Shown piece by piece: positions 1 through 12,465 of a stretch of DNA of 64,000 bases (positions are counted from its first letter, which is position 1; each line of letters opens with the position of its first letter). The position numbers and the translations under genes were made by a program. The DNA is taken from contig OX337229.1 of assembly GCA_946965045.2 (NCBI GenBank), forward strand, positions 1,798,001-1,862,000, written 5' to 3'. A model generated the notes under the pieces. It did no database searches. It was not told the origin of the DNA and saw only the letters and a list, made by a program, of their open reading frames with translations. The DNA is from Epithemia pelagica (taxonomy: Eukaryota > Protista > Bacillariophyta).

Positions 1-412
1 TAGAGAAATCTGTGTTGATCCTCCAAGTGTTGAACTCTTTCCTCGTTAGGTTCATCCAGTCGCTATTGGATAGCTCGTCTTGAATTTCATTGGTCTTGTA
101 TATGGCCCAATAAGCCAAGAGCTTGATCTGCTGTCTTGTGGGGCCTTGTAGATCATGTGTCTGTTTGTTGACCTTGTATTGTGTCAGTTCGTTCATGGAT
201 TCCTCGGTATTAGTTTGCATATACGAGATAACATGGGTAATGTTCTCAAAACCATGGTATTTCATCCACTTCATTAAGTATTCGGCCCTTTCCTTGGTAA
301 AGAATTGGCAGACAGTAAATATGATGTGGTCGAATAGGTCTGTGTTCGAGACATTGTCTTGGTTATCTTCTCCCTTAGGAGTCGTAGGTGTCTTGGGTGA
401 TTGAGGATCCAT
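1..412 (-). CDS. 5' part of a gag-like ORF of a Ty1/copia-type LTR retrotransposon (runs off the window)
   Basis: ATG at 412 opens an uninterrupted frame to position 1 (MDPQSPKTPTTPKGEDNQ...SDWMNLTR...FNTWRINTD). It is missing from the ORF track because there is no stop in the window. The W-x2-LT-x3-F-x2-WR motif resembles diatom copia gag N-termini (recognition by eye). Confidence 0.55.
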   Translation of the reverse strand, partial: MDPQSPKTPTTPKGEDNQDNVSNTDLFDHIIFTVCQFFTKERAEYLMKWMKYHGFENITHVISYMQTNTEESMNELTQYKVNKQTHDLQGPTRQQIKLLAYWAIYKTNEIQDELSNSDWMNLTRKEFNTWRINTDFS

Positions 413-732
413 GGTGTTATTTGGTTGGTTCGATGTTTATTTAATGTGCGGTGTGATGTGGTTTATTTAATGTGTGATGTGATGTGAACCCGGATGTACC
501 ACGTGTGCCACGTATGTACCACGTATGTGATACCCGGATGTGTGTTGTGATGTGCGACTCCTGGAAATTTCCGTTGATTCCGACAAATTTTCGCCGAGTT
601 TCAACAAATTTTCGCCGAATTTTCGCGATTTGACGGGAATGTGTGGCGTGTTGTGCGACCAAGGGTACCCGGATGTGCGTTGAGTTTAAGTCTTGGAAAG
701 GTTTTGAGAGGACGGGTGTTAACTATGAGTAA

Positions 733-1512
733 TTAAGCTTCGGTCTCCGAATCTCCACTCTCTTCCGAATAATCAGAGTCGTTTCCAGGCTCAGATGGGG
801 CAGCACAAGCAACAGAAGAAGGGGTATCACCTTCAGCCAAGTGGTTCTCGACCTCGGTACGCAAAGGGAAGATAGTTGCACGATGGTCCTCGATGGTATG
901 GACCTCGTGGATGTAGGCAACGTAGTTATCTAGGCGTACAACGTTAGGAGGCAGAGGGCAAGTCGTCGCGTTCACGACGTAGATGGTATTGTAGTATCCA
1001 GTTGGGCGCTCGAAGGTTAGGAAGCGGAGGTGGACAGTACGGATGGGGTTGCCCGAGAGGGCGGCCAAGATGAGGCGACGCCTCGGAGAACGATGAAGTT
1101 GGTCGTTCAGACGTTCAATGTCTTCTTGGTCGACGATGTGGGTCACCGATTGGAACTGGCGTTCGATCTGGGTCTCCCCACGGATGATCTCGGGATCGAA
1201 GGTCAAAGAAGTTGGTTGACGGAAGTACTTGATATGATCAGCAATCAACCGGGTGGTACGACGGGATCGAGAAGGGACGAGCCGACGAGGCGGACTCGGG
1301 AGCCGAAGCAACGGCGCAGGGATCGGAGCGTGAGGCTGGGTTGGAGTCTCGAATGGGTTGCTGTTGGAACTGTCGACGGAGATGTTGACCGATGTGTTGG
1401 CTGCCTTCGGCGTTGGCACCAGTTCCTGCTGCACCAGGGTATCGGGCTGCCCGGGATGCAGGTTGGCTCGATAGATCTGTCGTACAGGAGTGATAAGCTC
1501 GTTAGTATCCAT
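733..1512 (-). CDS. 259-aa unknown ORF in the leader of the putative copia element
   Basis: ATG-initiated ORF, Pro/Ser-rich first half, acidic tail; no recognisable domain; lies between the putative 5' LTR and gag. Confidence 0.4.
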   Translation of the reverse strand: MDTNELITPVRQIYRANLHPGQPDTLVQQELVPTPKAANTSVNISVDSSNSNPFETPTQPHAPIPAPLLRLPSPPRRLVPSRSRRTTRLIADHIKYFRQPTSLTFDPEIIRGETQIERQFQSVTHIVDQEDIERLNDQLHRSPRRRLILAALSGNPIRTVHLRFLTFERPTGYYNTIYVVNATTCPLPPNVVRLDNYVAYIHEVHTIEDHRATIFPLRTEVENHLAEGDTPSSVACAAPSEPGNDSDYSEESGDSETEA

Positions 1513-2118
1513 GAAACCACAAGGAAATAAGCTTTGAGACTGTTAATCTGTTACAATTCTTTCTGAATCGTAGGGACATTGATGCTCGGTAGAGCAGACA
1601 ATCAGGTAGGTCACCAACCGATACAAGCTTCTCAGGGTCAGAGAAGCAAGCAAGTCGTAGTCTATCAAAAGGATAGTCGGGACACAAAAGAAGATGTGAT
1701 AAATGGTGATATTGTTAGATTGTGTGTTGATTACTACGATAGGTCTACGTGAAATGTTCGGTCCTGCCAAGGGTCATGTGTCATAGGTTCTTGGCGGCAA
1801 CAGGTTTGGAATAGTTGGAGTCGATTCATGTGATGTATATGACATGTATATGTGGACGGATAACATATACAGGGTCAACAGCTCTTGCTTTGGGTTGGCA
1901 TAGTTGTTTTCATGGCGCGCAGCTTGTTGACAATTTGGAGATTGTGGGAATGGAAATATGGTCTCGCGTGATCGTGTGTCGTGCTTGGGATACTTAGACC
2001 GTTGGGTCGGATAGATGCCGACAGCGCTCGGATGTCGCTTGGGCGCGCTCGATGATTTCGGGCGCGTACGCTTAGGGCGTTAGTATAATGTCCGAGCAAC
2101 GGCCAAATTTACGTCCGT

Positions 2119-2331
2119 TGTAATACCGCACGACCCAGTTTAGTCTTGAGAGTGAGTTTGTCAATCTATTCTCACTTTTCATGATTTGCGAAGAAATATA
2201 GGTCGATATAGCGCAAAGCTAGGGAACATAGCTCGAAGCTAGATGGCATGATGCGATAGCACGAGGCTATGTGACATGGGGAATCGATGAGATGTAGAAT
2301 CTAACCACCATAGACGGTGAGAATTCTAACA
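2119..2331 (-). repeat. putative 5' LTR (~213 bp)
   Basis: On the minus strand the LINE RT frame breaks exactly at TGTTAGAATTC (2331), a typical LTR start. Candidate end ...ATTACA at 2119 gives TGT..ACA termini. The partner LTR is outside the window, so the inner boundary is uncertain. Confidence 0.45.
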
Positions 2332-5133
2332 GATAAGACGATCCGGTCGTAGCAAGCGGTTGCATCATAGTCCAGGTGGACTAGTGGCCGCTTGCTAGCT
2401 CTTGATATTTCGTATTGAAGTTCTTCGCATAAGGTCGGGATTACAGCGTCTCTGCCTGGGACTCCACCAAATTGCATTGGGTGCAGAGTTCGTTGATTGG
2501 TGTTTAAGTGTATGAGCTGGCGCCACTTGATCGCCAGAACAAGGTTGTAGTCTTGTTCATAAAGATGGATGACACAAAGTTGATGGATCCGTAGATTGTT
2601 CGGTTCTTTCAGAATCATCACATTGACAATGTGTTTCCACCTGTCGTACGAATATTTGTTGACGAGTGCGCAATTTATTAGCCCGACTTGCCACGCGATG
2701 ATTTGTTCCCTCTTTTCCTCTAGTTCTTGACCTTCGTCTGTTGTTGTGTCTAGGTCGTGAGAAGCCACCAATGCTTTGCTATGGCTAAGGTGAAAGCCGG
2801 ATGGAGACGTTGATGTAGACTCTGGCCATGCTTTAAGTTTGCCAACCCATTCCTCGACGGTGATAGGAGCTGGAACAGCGTCAAGTGTAACTCGAGCCTT
2901 CATGTGATTGATGAGCGATTGCTGCATTTCATCAAGTTCCGGTCGTTGCCAATTTCCCTCTAATATGAGCTCTGCCGTATGAGTCGACGCCCCCCCCCAA
3001 TCGCACCATTCCGAGAATGGTGGTTTGGTGGGAAAGGTATTATGTGCTTGTCCAAAGTGGCGTCGGTTTCTGGTGAGCAATCGATCTTCTATTTCCGCGG
3101 GAGTATCGATAGTAAGCCATTCCGTGCATCCACTGTAGTCAGTCGTGGTAGGATCGGCTGGAACATCAAGTCTGGTTATGCCCGTTTTCAAGTTACCGCG
3201 GCATTGTCTGAGCTTTTTATACATCGCTTTCGTGCGTTCTGCTGCAATCCGATGCTTCAAAGCTTTTGATTGTTGTTTGTTGCCCTCGAGAACGGCTTGT
3301 TGGAGCTCTTTTTGCAGGGCATTGTGTCTTCGCTGGACTGCATCCTTCGTCATCTCGCGTATCTGTCGCTGAACCACTCTGCATTCCTGCTGACAAGCTT
3401 CGAGGGTGTGGGGGATATTGATCACAGACTGATTGCGGGTAGTGTATGCGATTCCCGACTCAAAAGATTTACCCCATTTCTCTGCCGATATCAATTTCAG
3501 TAGGAGATTTTTACGTTTCCTGAGACTGGCTAGTTGCTTTATGAATGGAATACTCCTCGGTTTCTTTGCACATCTTCGACTTGCATGCTCGCCTGCTCGT
3601 TGAAAATCCTTGTCCAGACGTCCAGTTCTGTTTCAATCGCTCAAGTCGCTGTGGAAAATTGTGCTCGATCAAGAACTTGTGTTTGTGGATGATATAGTTT
3701 CTGTTTGAGCTTTTATCCTTGCTCGTAAAATCGCGGCTTGCAATGGGACCCAGTGTTTGAGTGGCGTTTCCGAAGAGTCTTTCGACATCAAAGTCGATTA
3801 CCATGTTTTGATGGTCGTTTGGTATCTCTCTATGTTGAAAGGGTTCGTAGCATGCCCTGACGACTGATGTTGAGACATGTGTTGTGCCCAAAGCGTAATC
3901 GATGCGTTCTTGTCCGTTCACAAAGGTAGCAAAAGACGTGTTACCGATCTGTTCTCCCATTAGGTCGTGCAATTCTAACTCGGTGCAAAGTTTTGACATT
4001 CCCTCGTGGATATTGGATAGTGCTTCGTTGAAGTCGCCCAATAATAGAATTTCTGAGTTACGGGCACGGCGCTGTCGGATAAAGTCTGTCAGATCCGATA
4101 TAAAAGCTTCGCGTGGAGACATTGATCTGTTCTCCTGTCGGAGCATTGAAAGCTGTTGTGCTGAGGCTGTGAAAGATCGAACTCTGTTGTTGTTTTCAGT
4201 CAATAGTGCTTGTTTGCACACTTGGTACGCAGAGATGACAGTGAGAGTTTTGTTGTTACGGCAGGAGAACACTTGGTATGACCACCGTCCCATTCTATCT
4301 GTGCCTTGTTCCGTGATTCTTCCTGTCGATTTGCCTTGCGATGCGATCAATGTGCCTCCGGGCTTGTAAGGAGTAGGTCTTGGTGATGGAATGTTGGTGC
4401 TGCCGAAACTGAGTCTTGAATGTTCGCAATGTTGTTGGATTGTAGAATGGAGCATGTTTCGGACTTGAGCTTGAGTAGTGTCTACATTCGTCTCATAAAA
4501 ACACCACGTGTCCGCATCAAGACGGTTCAATTCTTCGCAGTACTCGGCAAAGGTGCCTCCTCGTGATATCAAAGTTTTGAATCCGTTAGGGTTGCATCCA
4601 AAGATGCGATATACATTTGCAGGCTTGACATCTTGTGTTTCCGGCCCAATAAATTCGTCTGTCGCGTAAACCATTCCTGGCGGGTGGATATGGATGCCAT
4701 TCTCTGCTTGTTGTAGTATATCGCCGTCGATGCTCTCGGCATCGTCGTTGTTCGTGTTGACTGGGATAGTTGTTTGTTGTTGGTTTACGTTGACACGCAA
4801 GGCGTCATCGTTGTTCGGGTTTGCTGGGATAGTGGTTTGTGGTTGATTGGCGTCGACACGTAGGGCGTCGTCATTGTTTGGGTTTGCTTGAATAGTAGTT
4901 TGTCTTGGTGTATCGTCGGCACTCGAGGCGCCATCGTTGTTTGGGTTTGCTGGAATAGTAGTTGTGGTATTGGTGGATGTGTTGTCGTCGACACTCGGGG
5001 CGTCGTCGTTGTTTTCTAAATCCTGATCGGTTGTTGGAAGGGAATGACGTATGAGTAATGCTAGTGGATGTGGTTGTTGTCGCAATGAATTGTTGGTTAA
5101 ATTTAGATTGCTATCATTCACCATCTCACTCAT
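2332..5133 (-). pseudogene. LINE ORF2: APE endonuclease + N-terminal part of reverse transcriptase
   Basis: APE motifs IFGCNPNG, CFYETN, LLLGDFNE, RIDYALG, NDHQNMVIDF; RT motifs QFGGVPGR and DYDATACYDRI. Frameshift near 3625 (frame resumes as RLDKDFQRAGEHA...LISAEKWG); RT cut at 2331 by the LTR insertion. Confidence 0.85.
4738..5012 (-). repeat. 63-bp (21-aa) coding tandem repeat, ~4.5 copies
   Basis: Unit starts at 4738, 4801, 4864, 4927 and (longer unit) 4999; peptide unit ~NNDDALRVDANQPQTTIPANP. Confidence 0.9.
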
Positions 5134-7122
5134 GATTGCATGCTCGTGTCGGCCAGGGACCCGTCCGCGTGCAAGGACGGGTTTGCCTGGGCCATGCTCA
5201 CGTCAAGCTTTGGCGTGGCCGGTTGTTCAGAGTCGTCTTCGATACGCCTTTTCCTAGGGGCTTGACTCTGGTTTTCATGGTGGTTTGCATTTTGAGATGC
5301 AAGTGCCGTTTGATGAGGAGGGTTGTGATGAACTGGTGTTTGGGGCAATGGCATATGATTTGGCGGCATATGTTGATGATTCGCAGGGGTTGGTGGATGT
5401 TGTGGCCACAAGTTGGTTGGCATTGGTTGTTGTTGGTGTGGGGCGTTAACTGGGCTCATATTAAACTGTGGTGGGGCCTGATATTGGTATTGAGGAGAGA
5501 ACTTCTGTGGCGGCATGAAGTTCTGTTGCATCATCATTGACATTTGATGTTGCATCGCTTGCATCATTGACTGCATCATTTTGTTTTGGGTGGATTCGTG
5601 GTTTTCCTCTTGTTTCGTGACGAATGATTTGAATGCATCTTTTAATTCTTTCAATTTGTTTTTGAGGTCCGCGTTTTCTGATTTCATGCGTTCGTATTCT
5701 TCGTTGGTGACTTGACTTGTTGAGGTCTCTGTCGTCGTTGATGTGACTACTGTCTGCACCGGTGCGACCATTTTCCACGCTTGGGCAACAGGCCTTGTCC
5801 TGCTTGGTGGGTTTGTGTAGCTCTCGTTCGTGTCATCACCCAACTCGTCGGTCTCGTTTGCAGTGTGCAAAGAGTTCAATGCAGAAACATAGGTCGCATA
5901 AGAGCCTCCATGGTCCGTCGATTCGTCGTCATATCCGCCCGTTCCTTGGCCGTATCCTTCATGTTGAAAGGCTAGTCTTGGTGGTTGATCGAATTCCTTG
6001 GGATTGAGACCACGCGCACTGCGTTCTGCTATCACTAGCGAGACAATAGAAACTCTCAAGGCACTCTTCAGGTTTTCAAAGTGCTCGTCGGTTGTGTGGA
6101 CATTAAAGCATCCTATACGGTCTGAGTCTTTGTGTCCGGTAACTCTGATCACGCCTTCAAATTGATGAATGATCCTGTCTTTGAGAGACCACATGATGGA
6201 TGGGTGCACTCCTGCAATTGGTATGATCCGACTTGAGTTGAGATAAGAGTTCTGATCTTGTAGCGAATTGCAATACGTCTTTTTGTTGGTATGACGTAGT
6301 TTGTGAAAAATAAACTTCGGATCTTGGACATAAGTTTCTTGGAGCAATTCGAGTAGTGCCTTGGCGTCGTGTTGGCGGCATTGTAAATCAAACGCTTTGG
6401 TGTTCCACTTGTTATCTCCGTCAAAGAGAATTGGAGAGGAGTAATTGCACTTGAACTTGGGGATCTTGTTTCTCGGTTTATTGGTCTTTTTGATTATCTC
6501 CAATGTGACTGACTCGATCATTTCTTCTTGCGGGATGTTACTCGGATCGTAGCCCACGAAGAATCCTAGATTCGCAATTCTTGTCTCATTCTCATTCCAG
6601 AGGTGCTGTGTCATTTTTGCTTTGACAAGCTTGAGCCTTTCCTGTACAGCAGAGTGGCGACGTATTTCACTAATGGATACCTTTGATTGGAACCTGTGAA
6701 TAACGATATACATGGGCTTGCGTTTCTTTGATTCGTTTCCCTTCAAGTAATGAAGGTCAAAATGTCGTAAGTACGCAGAGTACGTCTTGAGTGCTTCCAA
6801 TTTCCTCCTGTTGAGCTTCGAACCTCTGTTGTCGAATATTTTTACTTCCGGATAAACTCGAGAAATCGTATACAGCGTGTCGTAGTGGAGTTTAGCGACG
6901 TTTCCGTTTTGGTCTTCTTCAGGTCGAAACACAAAATTTGATTGTGTACTCCTTTTCTTCTCCTTCGTACGGTATCGGATGATACACAGTGGTGATCTCA
7001 GTGCTTTGGCTTGCATCGTCATCGTTGTTGTTAGAGGCGTTTGCTAAGTTGTTGTTGGTAGTGGTCGGTTGAGACTCCGCCATAGGGGCGTCGTTTGTAC
7101 CGGATTGAGGTTCTTCCGCCAT
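5130..7122 (-). pseudogene. LINE ORF1 (gag-like, coiled-coil and Gln/Pro/Met-rich C-terminus), 1-bp frameshift near 6935
   Basis: ATG at 7122 (MAEEPQSG...KEYTIKF) joins the 630-aa ORF (VFRPEEDQ...) if one T of the TTTT run is removed; its stop overlaps the ORF2 ATG. Confidence 0.75.
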
Positions 7123-7681
7123 GGTCGACGTGGATCTTGCACCAATGACAATCGAGCTTTCGGGACACTTTCTGGGATTGCTTTACACGATAAAACTACG
7201 GGGAACCAGAAACTATTGGACAGATTACACGTAGGACTATGCCTTTCAATTTCGTCTGCCCACGAAATTATAATAGTCGTCCCACGTCCGTATGATAGAG
7301 ATTTATTTCAGTCGCTTTTGAGTCATCAAGATCTGAGAGGGAACAAGAAGTAATAGATTGGCATCTCGATGGGAATAGTGAAGGACCCTACTAGCGATCT
7401 AGATGAAGGCTTGACGAAATATGACGCACCCAACGAGCAGAAGAGGCGGTAAGATGCAATCATGACTTGGCAAGTTCCTTCCGAAAGCAAACCGAATCTC
7501 GTCAAAGGTGGTTTGTACTCTACACCTTCAGACTTTGGAACTTGGAACCCCATGGTTTGAGATGTCTCAAGTCATACTGTCAAATTGTTCTGACGCCAAC
7601 AACAGGCCAAGCGATTGTGTGTGGAGAATCTTGGGTCTCCGTACTATATGAATCTTTCGCTCGCTCTCTCCCTTGGGAGCG

Positions 7682-8911
7682 TTAGGGTGCCGCCGATCCG
7701 CGAGTTTGATTATTCCACAGACTCACTTCATTCAAATTCTTCAACAATATCGTTCGCACCTTGTCGTCTTCCGCAATGAACTCGGACCAGTCAGTGGATG
7801 GGAGCTGTTTCAGTAACCGAGCTGTCTTGTCAAAGTCATCGTCTCGAAAAACATGTGAAAAAGTCGGTGACGGAATAGGAGATGACAAGTCGGTGGAATG
7901 ATTGCTGCTCATACGAAGGGACTCTTGAGGTTCCCTCCATTTCACCTTGTCTGGATCCACTTTTCGTTTCTTTCGCTTCTTTCCTCGACGCTTGACAGCA
8001 CCACCAACACGTAGTATAGCCAGTGTCAGACCAGTTGCCATTGTTGCGACAATGTATAGTCCAGTTCCACAGGCAACTCCAACTGCAGCCGAGATCCAAA
8101 TCGCTGCCGCCGTAGTCAGTCCATGAACCACTTCGGAGCACTGTTCATGATAAATGACACCAGCGCCAATGAATCCAACTCCACTGGCTACATTGGAAGC
8201 CATGCGGCTCGTATCATAGTGCGTTCCAGCAAATCCATGACGACTGCAAATGGTAAAAAGAGCTGCGCCTGTGGAGACCAACGACATGGTCCGAACACCG
8301 GCCGACTGATATCGGATGCCGGAACGTTCCTTTCCAATGGCGGCACCAGTAAGGGCCGCAAAAAAGAGTTGCAAGGACAGCTGCAGTTGTTTGGCTGTGG
8401 AAATGGGGCAATCTTGTGGTAGGGGGACAGTCATGACCGCTCTTGTTGTCGTTGCCATCGCACTAGCAGGATCGTGAGAAATGCCTGTCGATGCAATTGC
8501 AGCGGTCGAACTTAAACTCATGGCAAGGCACACCAAAAACAAACTTGTTACAGATCGAATGGACCACCCAAGCAGATTTCGTGTGGCGTTGCCACCCGAG
8601 TTGCGAAATCTGGGTCGAAACCGCACCTTGGAGAACGCATCACGAGCACACTGCCAAGCTCGATATGCTCGTAATGTCCGTCCTTTTGGGCCCGAACCGT
8701 TGAGGAAGCGAGAATTTGACACAACACTAAAGTAGGACGAGGATAACTGCGATCTTGAGCCCGAAAATGTTTGAGCTCTGCTCGAAGGCAAATTGTGACG
8801 ATCGAGCAGCGTTTGATGACGTTGTTGTTGGTGAAACGAATGGAATCCAACCACGGTTGTCAGAGTCTTACAGCAAACTAAGAACAACAGCAGCAGCCGA
8901 CAGGCCATCAT
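7682..8911 (-). CDS. MgtC/SapB-family membrane protein with probable bipartite plastid-targeting leader
   Basis: MgtC motifs ALTGAAIGKER, AGVRTMSLVSTGAALFT, SRMASNVASGVGFIGAG, GLTTAAAIW. Likely start MMACRLLLLFLV...VVG-FHSF at 8911 (signal peptide, then Phe, then a Ser/Arg-rich transit-like region). Confidence 0.85.
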   Translation of the reverse strand: MMACRLLLLFLVCCKTLTTVVGFHSFHQQQRHQTLLDRHNLPSSRAQTFSGSRSQLSSSYFSVVSNSRFLNGSGPKGRTLRAYRAWQCARDAFSKVRFRPRFRNSGGNATRNLLGWSIRSVTSLFLVCLAMSLSSTAAIASTGISHDPASAMATTTRAVMTVPLPQDCPISTAKQLQLSLQLFFAALTGAAIGKERSGIRYQSAGVRTMSLVSTGAALFTICSRHGFAGTHYDTSRMASNVASGVGFIGAGVIYHEQCSEVVHGLTTAAAIWISAAVGVACGTGLYIVATMATGLTLAILRVGGAVKRRGKKRKKRKVDPDKVKWREPQESLRMSSNHSTDLSSPIPSPTFSHVFRDDDFDKTARLLKQLPSTDWSEFIAEDDKVRTILLKNLNEVSLWNNQTRGSAAP

Positions 8912-10209
8912 TCTGGGAATACCGAAAAGGGTGAAAAGCGAAAGCGTTCGGTGTTCGGTTATTTTCTTAATACAAAATGGATCTGTGGACTTGTGTCGAA
9001 GACACACCCAACGACAACAACCCAACAACAGCCTGTTGATTGTTGATGTCACATGTGTGCAGAATCGCGAATCGCCAATGGTCTTTGTCTTTGGAGCAGT
9101 TGGTCATGTAAGACACAAGATCCATCGGTTCACTGATTGACATCAGAATATTTACCGACAATAATCCATACTCTACAACCGATATATGTTTATGTCAGTT
9201 GTCAGTTGTCATTTGCCTCCATATCCTCAATCTCAATTTTATTATTGCCCCTAGTAGTGCCCTTTATTCACAGCCATAGTAATTATTTCGCACATTTGTA
9301 CCACTTCCATCAAAGTAAAATTCTACGAATGTCATTGCTACATCGTACAATAGTCTCCAGTGAGACAGAAAGCATATATCAAGTTGCTAAGCCTTTGTAT
9401 TCAGAATAGCGCATTGTGTGACTGAAGTCTGCAGGTATTTGTTAAGCCTTTTCAGATTTGGACTTGTCTGCCGGCCATTTCCCGCCCTTTAACGGCATTT
9501 TGAACGAGGCTATTGCCGAGCAAACACAGGCATCCTCGATCGATCGTCACACGTAACTTACGAATCCCCGTCTCTAAAAAAGGACTTGGCCCGCGCGGCT
9601 TGATGGCATCCATGTCCATGGAGGCTCATACCGTGAGGTATTGTGTGCAGAGGATGCGTGAAATAATGTGAACCGTGACAACACACGGAGCAACGCCACA
9701 AGCAATTTTCGCTCGTTTCTGATTTCTGATATATCATTGATCATTATCCATTTTTCTTTGGTTCAAGGTTTGTCGTTCTTGCTCCCATAGCGGTTGATAT
9801 CCATTACCCATACGATTTGATCTCTCAAGTCTGAAGCTACGAGCACTTTTCGGTAAGTTGGGACAACCGATTGGAATTGGAATGCTTTGGGTTCATTGAA
9901 AAAGGAGAAAGAGCGTGGTGAGGCCGGCGACGTTTAGGTGATCCAAATTTTATTGAATGAGCTCGATTAGTACAACGGATAGAACGACTGATTTTGGCAA
10001 AGGCCGTTGGGTTCCAATATTCAATCGTTCCAGCTGCTGCTTTTTGGAAACCGTTGAAGTAATAATTTTTTGCGGATCGTTTGGTCATATCCTTCTCTGT
10101 TCTGGGAAGCTGCATTCTAACCCGGGTTATCTTTGTATTGCCGCAGCACCTCTCGTTTGTATCATCCATTGAGGCTTGTCCGAGTTCAAATCAGCAATAG
10201 TTATTCACT

Positions 10210-10461
10210 ATGGATTCCCTTCCTCCCAACGATCCCAACCGCAACAATAACAACAACAACAACAACAACAACAACAATATGGCGGCCAAAGAGACCCCGT
10301 ATGAGGGACGTCGTTCGCAACGCAACCGACAGAACACAAACGGTCAACAACAGGGTGGTACCATGGACGTCATGGGCGATCTTCAAGACTCACCAGCAGT
10401 TGTCGTAATGTTCCTTGTGGGCGTTGCAACTTGGCTTCTTCGAGAACGATGTGTTTGCTAA
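10210..10461 (+). CDS. small 83-aa protein: poly-Asn tract, C-terminal hydrophobic segment
   Basis: ATG ORF containing an (AAC)n microsatellite and AVVVMFLVGVATWLL; no homology recognised. Confidence 0.3.
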   Translation: MDSLPPNDPNRNNNNNNNNNNNNMAAKETPYEGRRSQRNRQNTNGQQQGGTMDVMGDLQDSPAVVVMFLVGVATWLLRERCVC

Positions 10462-11231
10462 GAAGGATCCGACCGGCCGAGATACACTGGAAGATCCTGC
10501 GTTCCGCACCTATTTGGCGGTTATGTATGACAGCCAACCAATCCAATTTTGATCAATGGAAATGTGAAACAAGGTATTTCCCAAGAATCATCGTTCGGAA
10601 GTAATTGCTGCATTGTGAACTCTTTCAAGTCCCCACAACCAGTACGAAGGGATGCATCACGACGGATACCCAAGGATCTGGTAATTTAACGTTTAGACTA
10701 CACATGATTTCATTATCTCCTCTGTTGACTGTTGACTCGCCAGATTGCTTAGCAGGTTGGACGAAGATGGATTTCCTTGGACATGTGAAGATTGTAGCTG
10801 AGCTGTGTGAAAGGGCACTCAATGTGTGCCGACAGTACCCAACGCATTCCACCCGTGATCTTGAGCTTATGCATTGCGTTTCGACAACACGATCTTCGGA
10901 TGAAGGTTTTGTAGATGAAGCTGTGGATGATTTCCACTACGTGGTAATGACGGGGTTCGAGTCCAACTCCATCTTTTGCAAGCCGTCACGGCGCAAACGA
11001 CTTCAGCACATACACGGAATACAGCAGTAGACGAGGTCCAATACGGATGCAGATTCTTCTTTCGACGAAGTGCACTACCCGTAGAAGAAAGAAAAAGCAA
11101 TAGCAGCACAAGCTTGGAACGTAGTTTTTGCCAAAATAATGTGTGAACATGGCCAGAGAAGTAACTGTATGTCTACATATTAGGGTGATTCGAGCACGAC
11201 AAGACACTCCTTCCTAGTCCGATTTGACGGC

Positions 11232-12168
11232 TTAAGTTTCCATTGCTTGTGGTTCATCGGCTTGCTTCGACTCCTCGCCCTCTGCTGGTTGTTGTGCACC
11301 ATCATTATCGTCATCATCGTCTCCATCGTCATCATCGTTTTTGACTTCCAACTTGGCCAAATATTGTGTCAAGTCCGTGCCTTCCAACATCTTAACCTTT
11401 TCGCCCACTGCCACAACAGCGACACTGGCATTTTCGGTCGTCAATTCATTATCCCCCGAGACACATCCCACCAAGGCCTGCAAGGCATGAACAATCAAGT
11501 CATCCGTGGAACAAGTCGCAAAGCTTTCGTAGTGTTTTTCCAAATAGGTTCGAGCCGATTGACTCCGTGCTCCAATGGCGGACGCATAAAATTCATACAA
11601 ATTTCCCGATGGACAGGTTTGATACAAATGCGGTTCTCCGCCGTTGCTACTGTTGGTATCAATCGATGCCACCAACAAGCCCACACCAAAGGGACGTCGG
11701 ACATAGGTTTGTGTCGTGAGTTGGTGCTTGTCAGCTAAATCTGCCATGAGACTGTGGGGTGCCATGGGAATTCCGTATACATATTTGTGTGTCAAACATT
11801 CTTTTTGCATGTACTTGACCAAAGAACGGGCATCGGCGGTCAAACCGGCAATTCCACAAGCAATGTGATCATCTACCACCATGAGCTTTTTCTGATGACT
11901 ACTAAGTTCTGAAACAGAACGCTTCAACGCTGCCAATACACACACTTTGGCCCCACGAACTCCCACACATGCAGAACCTTGTTTCACAGATTCCATCGCA
12001 TATTCGACCTAGAGAGGTAACAGAGAGTGAAGACCACGGTGAGGAGGCACTCACGTGAGACCGCTACTCAATCAGGCAGCATTCCTTCCGTCCATTCAAC
12101 CTTACCTGCAGAAGACGGCCTTCTGGACTCCATACTGTCACATCGGTATCGTATTGATTGCGAAACAT
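11232..12168 (-). CDS. PSMA1: 20S proteasome subunit alpha type-1 (alpha6); exons 12106-12168, 11232-12008
   Basis: MFRNQYDTDVTVWSPEGRLLQ | VEYAMESVKQGSACVG; 97-bp GT-AG intron 12009-12105; GLTADARSL, RRPFGVGLL and TCPSGN motifs. Confidence 0.95.
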
Positions 12169-12465
12169 GGTTCCAGACTCTACTGTATGAAGAGAAAGCC
12201 TGTGTTTTTGTTGTTGCCTCGGTTGGACGAGATATGGGTCGAAATCTTCCTTCATCGCAAGAGTTCTTTGGTGACGTCTTCGTGAATGAACCAAAGATTT
12301 CATTCATGAATGAGATCTTTTCAGGTTCAGGAAAGCTGGGAAGTGGGTCGAACTCGGAACCCACCTCTTCTCCCATGAGCGCACCACTTTAAATCATAAT
12401 GACTGTTGTGACGACAAAAGAGACTTGGTTCATCTTCCTCGAGGACAATATCGCTCTGATCCATC

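Larger units (their letters stand above)
1..2331 (-). mobile_element. 5' portion of a copia-like LTR retrotransposon inserted into the LINE RT
   Basis: LTR-like start, leader and gag-like ORF in the same orientation. Predicted 5-bp TSD is TTATC on the minus strand; the other copy is outside the window. Confidence 0.5.
2332..7330 (-). mobile_element. non-LTR retrotransposon (LINE; ORF1 + APE-RT ORF2, Ambal-like), decayed and 3'-interrupted
   Basis: ORF1 followed by ORF2 with APE endonuclease motifs and the start of RT; the 5' boundary is approximate. Confidence 0.85.

Noticed and set aside
10500-11210. Short ORFs between the small protein and PSMA1
   Set aside because: No frame gives a recognisable or spliceable protein.
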